DNA of 64,000 nt from Candidatus Bacteroides merdavium. GTDB lineage: Bacteria > Bacteroidota > Bacteroidia > Bacteroidales > Bacteroidaceae. Where the stretch lies: NCBI GenBank assembly GCA_019116805.1, contig DXAV01000068.1, positions 21,709-85,708 of the forward strand. Reading direction: 5' to 3'. Position numbers and translations under genes: made by a program. Below the pieces are notes generated by a model, which ran no database searches, was not told the origin of the DNA, and saw only the letters and a program-made list of their open reading frames with translations. This document shows, piece by piece, positions 1-9,235 of this stretch (position 1 is its first letter; every line of letters begins with the position of its first letter).

Positions 1-241
1 GCATCCGTTCCTTCATCTCCGGCTTGTAGCAATGGATGGGGCAGAGGCGGCAGGTTGGTTTTTCTTCGCCAAAGTGGCAACGTGATAGGCGTGTATGGGC
101 ATAGGTTAGCAATTCGCGGCAGGTAGGACACAGTTCCCTGTGGCCTTCCTTGTGGCGGCAATACAGACGTATCATTTGCTCAACGGTCTGCTTTTCGCGT
201 TCGATGCGTGCCGAGAAAGAGGGATGACGGCGGACATTCAT
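1..241 (-). CDS. YgbA-family (nitrous oxide-stimulated promoter family) Cys-rich protein, partial; runs off the window start
   Basis: Not in the ORF track. Manual minus-strand translation from ATG at 241 gives MNVRRHPSFSARIEREKQTVEQMIRLYCRHKEGHRELCPTCRELLTYAHTRLSRCHFGEEKPTCRLCPIHCYKPEMKERM, the characteristic YgbA pattern. Confidence 0.85.
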   Translation of the reverse strand, partial: MNVRRHPSFSARIEREKQTVEQMIRLYCRHKEGHRELCPTCRELLTYAHTRLSRCHFGEEKPTCRLCPIHCYKPEMKERM

Positions 242-255
242 GGGGCTTTCATCGT

Positions 256-1149
256 TTAAATCAGGGTACGGCGGTACTCGCAGGGTGTGTGACCCACGTG
301 TTTCTTGAACAGGCGGTTGAAGTGTTGAGAATATTGGAAGCCCAGTTCATAGGCTATTTGACTCACAGTCTTGTCCGTGCCGGCTATCATTTCTTTGGAG
401 AGGTCGATGATTTTGTCCTGTATATATTCTTGGGGTGACTTGCCTGTTTCCTTTTTGATGAGGTCACCGAAGTAGTTGGGTGAAAGGCAGACCTTATCGG
501 CGAAGTAGCGTACGGTGGGCAGGCCCTGTTCCTGTGCCAAGTGGTTCAAGAAATAGCCGTCCAGTAGGTCTTCAAATTTGTTGAGGATATTTTTGTTGGC
601 GGCTGAACGGGTGTTGAACTGGCGTTCGTAGAAGCGCATGCAGTAATCCAGCAGGAGTTCGATGTTGCGCACGATGAGTCGCTTGCTGTGTCGGTCGGCT
701 GGGCGTTCCACTTCCATGCGTATTTTGTCAAGGCAATCGATGAATATGCTTTTTTCTGTTTCCGATAGGTGGAGTGCTTCGTTGGAGTTATAAGAAAAGA
801 AGGAGTAATGTCTGATTTCACGTCCCAGCGCTGTACCTCGGATGAGGTCGGGATGAAATAGCAAACCCTGTGCTTGAGGCCGTTCTTCCATCTGTACCTC
901 GACCACTTGTCCAGGGGCAAAACTGGTCACTGTACCTTCTTGATAGTCGTAGTTCTGGCGCCCGTAACGGATGTCGCCGCAACGAGTCTGCTTCAAAAAG
1001 AGGGCATAGACACCATAATTCATCGCGACGTGCGTAGGGAAGCGGGTTGCTTCTTTCAGATCGATGATACTGATGAGCGGATGTCCATCCTTCAAGCCGA
1101 ACATTCGGTTGTATGTTTCTACATTATCCAGTTTGATGATATTCTCCAT
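256..1149 (-). CDS. AraC-family transcriptional regulator
   Basis: C-terminal double HTH (LSPNYFGDLIKKETG...VSQIAYELGFQYSQHFNRLFKKHVGHTP). Start placed at MENIIKLD (1149) to avoid overlap with the upstream gene. Confidence 0.92.
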   Translation of the reverse strand: MENIIKLDNVETYNRMFGLKDGHPLISIIDLKEATRFPTHVAMNYGVYALFLKQTRCGDIRYGRQNYDYQEGTVTSFAPGQVVEVQMEERPQAQGLLFHPDLIRGTALGREIRHYSFFSYNSNEALHLSETEKSIFIDCLDKIRMEVERPADRHSKRLIVRNIELLLDYCMRFYERQFNTRSAANKNILNKFEDLLDGYFLNHLAQEQGLPTVRYFADKVCLSPNYFGDLIKKETGKSPQEYIQDKIIDLSKEMIAGTDKTVSQIAYELGFQYSQHFNRLFKKHVGHTPCEYRRTLI

Positions 1150-1174
1150 GAGGTTGTGGTGATAAATAGGGGTG

Positions 1175-1951
1175 TTAAGGTTGGATGTTGAAGGCGTCGG
1201 CATCTTCCCAGACGGGAAACTTCTGGCGGAAGTGTTGGAGCACTTCAAGGTCGATGCTGACGGTGGCTATACCTTCGTGTCCATCAGGGATAGAAGCGAG
1301 CCGTTCCCCCTTGGGGGAGTAAACGACGCTACCGCCATTGTAAGCCAAACCGTTTCCGTCTGTTCCTGTGCGGTTTACTCCGCAAACGTAGCATTGGTTT
1401 TCAAAAGCTCTTGCCTGAAGCAGGACATCCCAAACTTCTCGCCTGGCTTCCGGCCAGCAGGCTACGTATATCATCAGGTCGTACTCATTGTTCACGTTGC
1501 GGCTCCACACAGGGAAACGCAAGTCGTAGCATATCTGGGGCAGGATGCGGAAGCCATTGTAATGGATGATAGGCCGTTCCGTTCCAGCCTGGAAGTGCTG
1601 GTTTTCCTTACCCATGCGGAAGAGGTGCCGTTTGTCGTAATAGGAGGCCTGTCCGTCGGGAGTCAGAAAAAAGAAGCGGTTACGGAAGGTGCCGTCCTCA
1701 TGCAGGGCGATGAAGCTTCCTGCCAAAGCAGTCCTATACTTTGATGCCCATTGTTGGAGCAAACTGAGAGTCGGGCCTGACTGAGGTTCTGCCAATCGCT
1801 TGACGTTCATGCTGAAACCTGTTGTGAAGGTTTCGGGCAAAACGACAAGGTCGGTCTTTCCCTTCAGCTTCTCCAGGCTAAGCTGAAGGCGGCGCAGGTT
1901 TTCCTGTTTGTCTTCCCAGGCTATATCGGTTTGTATCAGAGTAATGCGCAT
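1175..1951 (-). CDS. Nitrilase-superfamily amidohydrolase (YafV/omega-amidase-like)
   Basis: Catalytic triad motifs LPETF, YDKRHLF, ICYDLRFP. Confidence 0.92.
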   Translation of the reverse strand: MRITLIQTDIAWEDKQENLRRLQLSLEKLKGKTDLVVLPETFTTGFSMNVKRLAEPQSGPTLSLLQQWASKYRTALAGSFIALHEDGTFRNRFFFLTPDGQASYYDKRHLFRMGKENQHFQAGTERPIIHYNGFRILPQICYDLRFPVWSRNVNNEYDLMIYVACWPEARREVWDVLLQARAFENQCYVCGVNRTGTDGNGLAYNGGSVVYSPKGERLASIPDGHEGIATVSIDLEVLQHFRQKFPVWEDADAFNIQP

Positions 1952-1999
1952 AGTTGTAGATGTTGTGAACTGCTTTGAGGTTAGCGGATATTTCTTTTT

Positions 2000-2554
2000 T
2001 CAGACTTCTCCGATGGAGAAACATTCGGGATGCTTGCCCCTGAAGCTTTTGAAGTAAAGCTTTATTTCGCGCATGTCTTTTTCGATGTCACCCGACGGAA
2101 TGAGGGTACGTGTGCAGGAGATGGTTTTGGACGGATAGTCTATCCCGAAAAGCATGATGGGTACTTGGGCTTTCAAGGCGATGTAGTAGAAGCCTTTTTT
2201 CCATTCTGAGTTGGCTTTTCGGGTACCTTCGGGCGTAATGGCCAGGTTGAACTGGCGGGTGGAAGCAAAACGCCCGGCCATCTGGTCAACCAACGAATTC
2301 TTTTTGCTACGGTTGACGGGGATACCTCCCATAGCCTTGAACACCAGGTTGAGCGGGAAGAAGAACCATTCCTTTTTCATCATGAAATGGGCGTCGCGCC
2401 CCAACGAACCATAGAAGAGCTTGCCGATGAGCAAGTCCCAATTCGAGGTATGGGGAGCGGCACAAAGGACACATTTGTCATGGAAAGGAACTGTGACATT
2501 CGTCTTCCAGCCCAACAGGCGGTGATAGATAAAGCGGCAGAATTCTTGTTTCAT
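2000..2554 (-). CDS. 1-acyl-sn-glycerol-3-phosphate acyltransferase family protein
   Basis: HX4D motif PHTSNWD and TPEGTR motif. Confidence 0.9.
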   Translation of the reverse strand: MKQEFCRFIYHRLLGWKTNVTVPFHDKCVLCAAPHTSNWDLLIGKLFYGSLGRDAHFMMKKEWFFFPLNLVFKAMGGIPVNRSKKNSLVDQMAGRFASTRQFNLAITPEGTRKANSEWKKGFYYIALKAQVPIMLFGIDYPSKTISCTRTLIPSGDIEKDMREIKLYFKSFRGKHPECFSIGEV

Positions 2555-2576
2555 TCTTTACGGTCTTTCTGCCGGC

Positions 2577-2846
2577 TTATTTCAGCTGGCCCATGCGATC
2601 GATGACTTCATTTATTTTGGCGTTGAAATCGGAGCGGAATTTTTTATAAAATCCTTTTACATTTCCCGGTTCGGTATGGCTGATACGGCTCAGGAACTCG
2701 TCCTGCATGCTCAGAATGTCACCCATCAAGGCGTCGGCCTTTTCTGGGTCGGTGCCGGGGACGTAGAGCTTGTTGACCAGACACTCGGTGAAGAGTTCAC
2801 CTGCGATATAGTTCACACTTTTCTTCAATGCTTTTCTACTTGCCAT
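2577..2846 (-). CDS. Conserved Bacteroidales hypothetical protein
   Basis: 89-aa helical ORF with an AT-rich start context, heading the minus-strand run. Confidence 0.75.
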   Translation of the reverse strand: MASRKALKKSVNYIAGELFTECLVNKLYVPGTDPEKADALMGDILSMQDEFLSRISHTEPGNVKGFYKKFRSDFNAKINEVIDRMGQLK

Positions 2847-2927
2847 AATCTTTCGTTTTAAAGTTAGATTTTCGGGATAAAGATAGTGCTTTTATTTTTG
2901 ATAGGGCAAGCGGCAGATATTTTTTTC

Positions 2928-3007
2928 TGTTTCCTTGTGGAAAAAGCATTGTTTTGTCTTCGGGAAAAGGCTGTTTTGTTCTCGGCAAAGCATTGCTTTC
3001 CATGGGG
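2928..3007. repeat. Degenerate 22-bp-period tandem array (family B, copy 1)
   Basis: TGTTT/TGCTT recurs at 2928, 2950, 2972 and 2994. Shares AAAGCATTGCTTTCC with the array at 59378. Confidence 0.6.
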
Positions 3008-3108
3008 CGTGCGAATGGAGAAAAGAAGGAGGATGGCTCAAAATAAGAAAATCTTTTAACGGATATCTCGGAAAACTGCTAACTTTGCACGCGATTTAGA
3101 ACGAGTGT

Positions 3109-3990
3109 ATGACTGAGCAATCTATTTCTAAAAGGAAAAAGACCGACGGCAAAACGAAGAAACCCGTACGTCGCCGCACGACTTCTGCACGAGACAAGGC
3201 TACGACCAAACGGCAGACGGGGGAGCGTACCATGCCTGTATGGGTGCGCAACGTGTTGGCTTTCTGCATCGTCGTGGTCTTTGCGGCCGGATTCTACTGG
3301 TTCTTCATCCGTCCCTATGCCTACCGCTGGAAGCCTTGCTACGGCCTGAAGGGGTATGGTGTGTGCATGCCTTGCGACTTCGAAGTGCATGGGGTGGACA
3401 TGTCGCACTATCAGGGGCGTATCGACTGGCCTCGCCTTGCAGAGCATCGGGCAGGCGAGTTCCCCATCCGCTTCATCTTCATGAAAGCCACCGAGGGCGG
3501 CGACCATCAGGACGACACGTTCCGTCAGAATTTCGATTCGGCCAGGGCCTACCGTTTCATCCGCGGGGCTTACCATTACTTCCTGCCGCGCACCGATGCG
3601 AGGAAGCAGGCGGAATTCTTCATCCGTACCGTGCCGCTCACGGCGGGCGACCTGCCTCCTGTGCTCGATGTGGAGACGACGGGCAAGAAAGACAAGGCCG
3701 AACTGCAGGCCTGCGTCAAGACGTGGCTCGACCGCGTGGAGGCCCACTATGGCGTGAAGCCCATCCTCTATACTTCCTACAAATTCAAGATGCGTTATCT
3801 GGACGATCCGCAATTCGATGCCTATCCCTACTGGATAGCCCACTATTACGTAGACTCCGTGCGCTACCGCGGGCCGTGGCACTTCTGGCAGCATACGGAT
3901 GTGGGTACCGTGCCCGGCATCGAGAAAGAGGTGGACCTGAACGTGTTCAACGGCACGCAGGCCCAGCTCGATTCTCTTTTACTTAAATAA
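3109..3990 (+). CDS. GH25 lysozyme/muramidase with N-terminal membrane anchor
   Basis: GVDMSHYQG, KATEG, GAYHYF, LDVE, WQHT and VDLN motifs. -7 element TAACTTTG at 3080-3087. Confidence 0.93.
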   Translation: MTEQSISKRKKTDGKTKKPVRRRTTSARDKATTKRQTGERTMPVWVRNVLAFCIVVVFAAGFYWFFIRPYAYRWKPCYGLKGYGVCMPCDFEVHGVDMSHYQGRIDWPRLAEHRAGEFPIRFIFMKATEGGDHQDDTFRQNFDSARAYRFIRGAYHYFLPRTDARKQAEFFIRTVPLTAGDLPPVLDVETTGKKDKAELQACVKTWLDRVEAHYGVKPILYTSYKFKMRYLDDPQFDAYPYWIAHYYVDSVRYRGPWHFWQHTDVGTVPGIEKEVDLNVFNGTQAQLDSLLLK

Positions 3991-4827
3991 TTGAAACTTG
4001 ACCGCTGCCCAGCGATTCTTTTCCCTATGCTCCACGAACGTCAGGCCGAGGCTTTCGGCTTCGGCGCGGATGGCGGCGATGTCGTCGGTATAGAAACCGC
4101 TCATCAGCAGGGTGGCGCCAGGGTTCATGCGGGCAGTGTAGTGCTTCATGTCGGCCAGCAGGATGTTGCGGTTAATGTTGGCTATCACCATGTCGAAAGG
4201 CCCCTTGTCGGCCAGCGACGAGGCATCGCCCTGATAGACGTCGATGCTGTCCAGGTGGTTCAGGGTAATGTTTTCCAACGAATTGCGTACACACCAGTCG
4301 TCAATGTCCACCGCCGTACAGCGGGCGGCGCCTCGCATGCGTGCCAGGATGGCGAGGATAGACGTGCCGCAACCCATGTCAAGTACCGTTTTACCTTGCA
4401 GGTCGCTGTCTAGCAGTTCGCCGATGATGAGGCTCGTCGTTTCGTGGTGCCCCGTACCGAAAGCCATTTGCGGATTGATGACGATGTCGTAGGGTACCTG
4501 CGGCAAGTCGTGGTGGAAGGTACTGTGGACAACACAGCGGTCGCCTATCACGATAGGTTGGAAGAAATTCTTCTCCCACTCCTCATTCCAGTCCTTGTCT
4601 TCGGCTTCCACATAGCTGTAGGTGACGGTCGTGTCGGGTAGGGGGAAGTCGGTCACGGCCTGCCGTACGGCATCTTCGTCGTACAGATCCTTCTGGATGT
4701 AGGCGGCAACGCCGTCGGGTTGCTCTACAAAGCTTTCGAAGCCCACTTCGCCCAAAACAGCACAGAGCACGTCGTTGGTTGTCTCCGTGCAAGGCTGTGT
4801 GCGGAAGGTGAATTCTAAATATTTCAT
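3979..4827 (-). CDS. prmA: Ribosomal protein L11 methyltransferase
   Basis: INPQMAFGTGHHETT, LDMGCGTSIL and ANINRN motifs. Confidence 0.96.
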   Translation of the reverse strand: MKYLEFTFRTQPCTETTNDVLCAVLGEVGFESFVEQPDGVAAYIQKDLYDEDAVRQAVTDFPLPDTTVTYSYVEAEDKDWNEEWEKNFFQPIVIGDRCVVHSTFHHDLPQVPYDIVINPQMAFGTGHHETTSLIIGELLDSDLQGKTVLDMGCGTSILAILARMRGAARCTAVDIDDWCVRNSLENITLNHLDSIDVYQGDASSLADKGPFDMVIANINRNILLADMKHYTARMNPGATLLMSGFYTDDIAAIRAEAESLGLTFVEHREKNRWAAVKFQLFK

Positions 4828-5044
4828 TGTTTTAATGGGGTTTTGTTAAAAAACAGGGATACAATGGCATCCTATCACACAATTTGTTTTATATTTGAAA
4901 ATGGCAAAAGCCTTCGTTTGCAAAGATAGACTGATTTAGGGAAATCCCTATAAAGGGAGGGGGAAAATCTTTGGGAAATCTGGAGCTTTGGCCGTATTTT
5001 TGTCATACGAAATCAAGTGTTTGTAAACTAAAACTGACAGATAT

Positions 5045-6388
5045 ATGAAAAAGATTGTTTTTTTATCACTTTTAGCCCTGTGCCTCCCGTGGACACTCGC
5101 GGCACAGAGTGTGGAGGACGACCTCTATTATGTACCCTCGAAGAAGGCCGAAGAGAAGACCGAAAAGACCGAGGAACAGGCCGTTCGGAAAGCTCCCGAG
5201 AACGTGATTGTGGTAGAGACGCAGAAGCCTGTGGTTTGTACCAACTCGGGTACGACGACCACCATCGTGGTGAAGGACAAGAAGGGTAACGTACGCGACG
5301 TGGACGAATACAACCGCCGCTACAACTCGAAGGAATATGACTTCTCGCAGAACGAAGACACCCTTTATATTGAGGAAAAAGCCATACCCGATCCTGATGG
5401 AGAATGGGTAAATGGTTTCGACGGATCGCAGGACGACTATGAATATGCCATGCGTATCATCCGTTTCCGTAATCCGCGTTATGCCATCAGTATCAGCAGC
5501 CCGCTCTATTGGGACGTGGTCTATGGCTTGAACTCGTGGGACTGGAACGTCTATACCGACGGACTGTATGCCTATGCATTCCCTACATTCACTAACCGCT
5601 TGTGGTGGGATTGGCGTTATAACTCATATGGATGGGGTTGGGGCTGGCCCTACTACGGATGGAACTGGGGATGGAGCGGCTGGTATAGCGGCTGGTACGG
5701 TGGATGGTATGCCGGCTGGGGAGGCTGGTACGGTGGTTGGGGATGGCCCTATTACCACCATCCGCATTACTATCCGGGCTGGCATCATCCAGGACCCGGT
5801 TACTGGGGACCTCGTGATACATATACGAATCGTCGTTCTTACGGTACGCGTAGTGTAGCTACTAACCGAGTTGTCACGAATGGTGGAGGTTCTGTCCGCA
5901 GTGGTTCAGCTACTCGTACAAGTTCTGGACAGAGAGTTACTGGACAGCAGGTAAGACGAACTACAGGTTCTTCTACCGGGCGTGTAGTCGGTACTCGTAC
6001 AACGACTTCTCGTCAGAACTCAGGTACGACGGTACGTACAACTTCAACTGATGCACGCCGTACTACCTATACGCGTCCTAGTAGTACACGGAGTGATTCT
6101 TATAGTGCAGGTAACCGTACTTCTACGATACGTCAGAGTGGTATGAACAATTCCAATCGTCGTAGTTCGGCAACTTATAATCGTGGAAGTTCCAATCAGC
6201 CGTCGCGTACTTATCAGTCGCAATCACGTCGGAGCGGTTATGATGATAATTCGCGTAGTTTCAATAGTACTACTACGCGCAGTAGCAGCCGTTCCTCTTT
6301 CTCTACAGGGGGAAGTACCCGTTCGTCCGGAAGTTTCGGTACCACCCGTTCCAGTGGTGGAGGTGGTGGCTCAAGCCGTAGAAGATAA
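5045..6388 (+). CDS. Secreted hypothetical protein with a G/W/Y-rich segment and an R/S/T-rich low-complexity tail
   Basis: Signal peptide (LAA/Q) followed by DDLYY. Lies directly upstream of the FadL-like gene. Confidence 0.8.
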   Translation: MKKIVFLSLLALCLPWTLAAQSVEDDLYYVPSKKAEEKTEKTEEQAVRKAPENVIVVETQKPVVCTNSGTTTTIVVKDKKGNVRDVDEYNRRYNSKEYDFSQNEDTLYIEEKAIPDPDGEWVNGFDGSQDDYEYAMRIIRFRNPRYAISISSPLYWDVVYGLNSWDWNVYTDGLYAYAFPTFTNRLWWDWRYNSYGWGWGWPYYGWNWGWSGWYSGWYGGWYAGWGGWYGGWGWPYYHHPHYYPGWHHPGPGYWGPRDTYTNRRSYGTRSVATNRVVTNGGGSVRSGSATRTSSGQRVTGQQVRRTTGSSTGRVVGTRTTTSRQNSGTTVRTTSTDARRTTYTRPSSTRSDSYSAGNRTSTIRQSGMNNSNRRSSATYNRGSSNQPSRTYQSQSRRSGYDDNSRSFNSTTTRSSSRSSFSTGGSTRSSGSFGTTRSSGGGGGSSRRR

Positions 6389-6433
6389 AGGTGTGTTGAC
6401 TTTTTAGGGTGATAATTTTAAAGAACGAATGAT

Positions 6434-8113
6434 ATGAAGAAAATGATATTTGCGGTGTCTGTAGTTTTGCTTGCCTTGGTACAGACCCATGCGCAGACGG
6501 TATATGACGCGGTTGATTTTTCAACCAAAGATTTGGATGGTACGGCTCGTTTCGTCGGAATGGGTGGTGCAATGGGAGCCTTGGGTGGTGACATATCGAC
6601 CATGGGAACCAATCCTGCCGGTATAGGTATCTATCGCAGTAACGACGTGTCCTTGTCTTTTGGCTATTCGGCTTTTAGTACCGAAGCCAAGTATTTGGGA
6701 AATACTTATGATGCTTCAAAGAACCGTTGGAATCTCGATAATATTGGATTGGTATTTTCTACCAAAATTGGTAACCAAACGACATTGCGTTATGTGAACT
6801 TCGGGTTCAACTATCACAAAGCCAAGAATTTCAACCGGAATATGTGGATGGCCGGTGATTTGCAGGGGCATTCCCAGTTGTTTCAGATTGCAGGGATGAC
6901 TGATGGATTGAAACCGGAGGATTGGAACAATGGAGCTATCTTTAACAATAATGATATTGGTTGGCTTTCGGCCTTGGGGTGGGAAGGTTATTTGGTCAGT
7001 CCTAGTATAACAGATGTAGAGACCAAGTATCCTTACAGGAACGAAAACGGGCAGCAATATTACATTGACCGTGATAATAATTTGACTCTTGATCCGGTTG
7101 GTGCTGACGGTAAACCGAACAGCATGGCGTATGAAAATTATGACTTTTATACGACGGTGGCCGGTGAAATGCCTTATCTCCGTGAATACCGTTCTCACGA
7201 AAGCGGCGGGCTCGACCAGTATGACTTTAATGTGGCTTTCAATTTAAACGATCGAGTTTACCTGGGTCTTACCATTGGTGCCTACGACTTGGATTACAAT
7301 AAATATACCTTGTATAATGAAGACAGCCAGGGACGTGACGGTGCAGGTTATAAACTTGAAAGTTACAACAATGTCAGTGGTGGTGGTGTAGACTTCAAGT
7401 TCGGAGCTATTATTCGTCCGTTTCAATACTCCCCGTTGCGTATTGGTTTAGCTATACATACTCCTATTTTCTATAAGTTGACGCACACTACATCAGCTGT
7501 GCTGACCTCAGATTTTGCAGAAGATGTGATTGATACGCGCAACTACTTGAAAGGTGGTGACATGAAGTTTGAGTACCAACTCAACACTCCTTGGACTTAT
7601 AATGTAAGTTTGGGTTATACTGTAGGTAGCAGTCTTGCTTTGGGTGCCGAGTATGAATATAAGGATTATTCGGGTATTAAGTTTTATTATCCGGAGGGTA
7701 TGAGTATGCAATGGGAAACGCAAGAGTCCAAGAATTGTTTGAAAGGTGTACATACTCTTCGTGTGGGTGCCGAATACAAGGTTATTCCGCAGTTTTCTTT
7801 GCGTGCAGGTTATAACCTGATGACATCTCCTTATCAAGACGGTGCTATCAAGGCTCTGCCGATTAACTCAATCAATACGGATACAGACTTCATGAATCTG
7901 AAGGCGCAGAACACTTACACGCTGGGTATAGGTTATCGTGGTTCAATGTTCTATGCCGATTTGGCTTATAAACTGAATTCGCAGAAGGCAGATTTCTTCC
8001 CCTTCGTTTATTCTGAAACGGATGGTAATGTGACAAATTATATCAGTCCTGATGCAACGAGTGTGAAGCTCAGCCGTAGCCAGGTGCTGCTGACGTTGGG
8101 TATGCGTTTCTGA
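6434..8113 (+). CDS. OmpP1/FadL-family outer membrane transporter
   Basis: Signal peptide, GTARFVGMGGAMGALGGD...NPAG motif and C-terminal Phe. Confidence 0.88.
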   Translation: MKKMIFAVSVVLLALVQTHAQTVYDAVDFSTKDLDGTARFVGMGGAMGALGGDISTMGTNPAGIGIYRSNDVSLSFGYSAFSTEAKYLGNTYDASKNRWNLDNIGLVFSTKIGNQTTLRYVNFGFNYHKAKNFNRNMWMAGDLQGHSQLFQIAGMTDGLKPEDWNNGAIFNNNDIGWLSALGWEGYLVSPSITDVETKYPYRNENGQQYYIDRDNNLTLDPVGADGKPNSMAYENYDFYTTVAGEMPYLREYRSHESGGLDQYDFNVAFNLNDRVYLGLTIGAYDLDYNKYTLYNEDSQGRDGAGYKLESYNNVSGGGVDFKFGAIIRPFQYSPLRIGLAIHTPIFYKLTHTTSAVLTSDFAEDVIDTRNYLKGGDMKFEYQLNTPWTYNVSLGYTVGSSLALGAEYEYKDYSGIKFYYPEGMSMQWETQESKNCLKGVHTLRVGAEYKVIPQFSLRAGYNLMTSPYQDGAIKALPINSINTDTDFMNLKAQNTYTLGIGYRGSMFYADLAYKLNSQKADFFPFVYSETDGNVTNYISPDATSVKLSRSQVLLTLGMRF

Positions 8114-8148
8114 TCCGCGTCTGAAACCCGAGCTTTCGAGGAGAAAAT

Positions 8149-8228
8149 TTTTAGGCACGGACTACACGAATTATCACGGATGTTTTCAATTTTATCTCCG
8201 TGTTATTCCGTGTAGTCCGTGCCTAAAA
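8149..8228. repeat. REP-like long inverted repeat between convergent genes
   Basis: Perfect 20-bp arms TTTTAGGCACGGACTACACG / CGTGTAGTCCGTGCCTAAAA. Confidence 0.85.
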
Positions 8229-8245
8229 TGTGTCTGGCGGTCGGC

Positions 8246-9181
8246 TTACCAATACCAGGCGATACCGAAGGAGTAGGGCGATACGTCGGGGCCTTTATCA
8301 CCCTGGAACATCGTGTTCATGGAGTAGCGGAGGTAAACGCCGAGGTTGCCATATCCGGCCTGGAGCAAGAGGTTGGCTCCGATGGGACGTACATACATGC
8401 CTTTGCCCACGGTCTGCTTCTTGCCGCCGTTTACGTGGCTGAAGGACTTCACGCCGTGGCGTATCTCAAATTCGGGACCGAAGTTAAAGAATACAAGGCT
8501 CTTGTTCCAACGTTGCTGCCACTCAAGCTGTACGGGGATGCGGAAGAAGAAATGGCGCAGGCGGCTGTCGCTGTAGTAGGGGGTTGAGGCGTCGCTGCCT
8601 TCGGGTTGCATGTCCTGTCCGTTCTGGAAGAAGCTGCTTCCATCCTGCTTCAATAGGGCAAGGTCGCCGTCGAAGCTGAACGAGCGGTAACCCCAGCTCA
8701 GACCGATGTTGACGCCCCAGTGTGGGTTCTTCTTGAAGTTGTGAGAGGCAGCGAGGACATTGAAACCGAATTCCCACGACTCCGACAGGTCGAGGTGTGC
8801 CTTTGGACTGGATCCGAAGCCCATAAAGTTGTCTGCCAGGCGCGAGAATCCCAGGAATACCCCTGAAACATGAGCTTCATACTCGTTGTGTTTCTTCTTT
8901 TTGGGGATGAAAGGCAGGGCGTCTAGGAAGGTCCGGCTGTCGGCATCCACCTTCTCCAGATAGACACCTTCGAAGATTTCCACTTCTTTCTGCTCGTCGT
9001 CTTCTGTCTGCTGTTCGTAGAGTCTGATGCGCATGTCTCCTTTTCCTCTCAAGATGATGATGGAGTCGCCCTGTGTCTCGACGAAAGCTCTTTCGCGTTT
9101 GGGCTCGGTGGTTTGTTGGGCTTGTGTACAGACGGTGGCCAGTATCAGGCAGCCGGCTGTGAGGATAGTCTTTGTTTTCAT
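8246..9181 (-). CDS. Outer membrane beta-barrel (porin-family) protein
   Basis: Signal peptide, alternating beta-strand pattern and aromatic C-terminus (FGIAWYW). Confidence 0.7.
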   Translation of the reverse strand: MKTKTILTAGCLILATVCTQAQQTTEPKRERAFVETQGDSIIILRGKGDMRIRLYEQQTEDDEQKEVEIFEGVYLEKVDADSRTFLDALPFIPKKKKHNEYEAHVSGVFLGFSRLADNFMGFGSSPKAHLDLSESWEFGFNVLAASHNFKKNPHWGVNIGLSWGYRSFSFDGDLALLKQDGSSFFQNGQDMQPEGSDASTPYYSDSRLRHFFFRIPVQLEWQQRWNKSLVFFNFGPEFEIRHGVKSFSHVNGGKKQTVGKGMYVRPIGANLLLQAGYGNLGVYLRYSMNTMFQGDKGPDVSPYSFGIAWYW

Positions 9182-9235
9182 GTCAATATAACGGTTAATG
9201 ATAAATGCTAAATGGTTAATGATTAATTCTTCGTT

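Noticed and set aside
3109-3990. Phage endolysin
   Set aside because: Membrane-anchored GH25 in a housekeeping context next to prmA, with no holin or phage genes.
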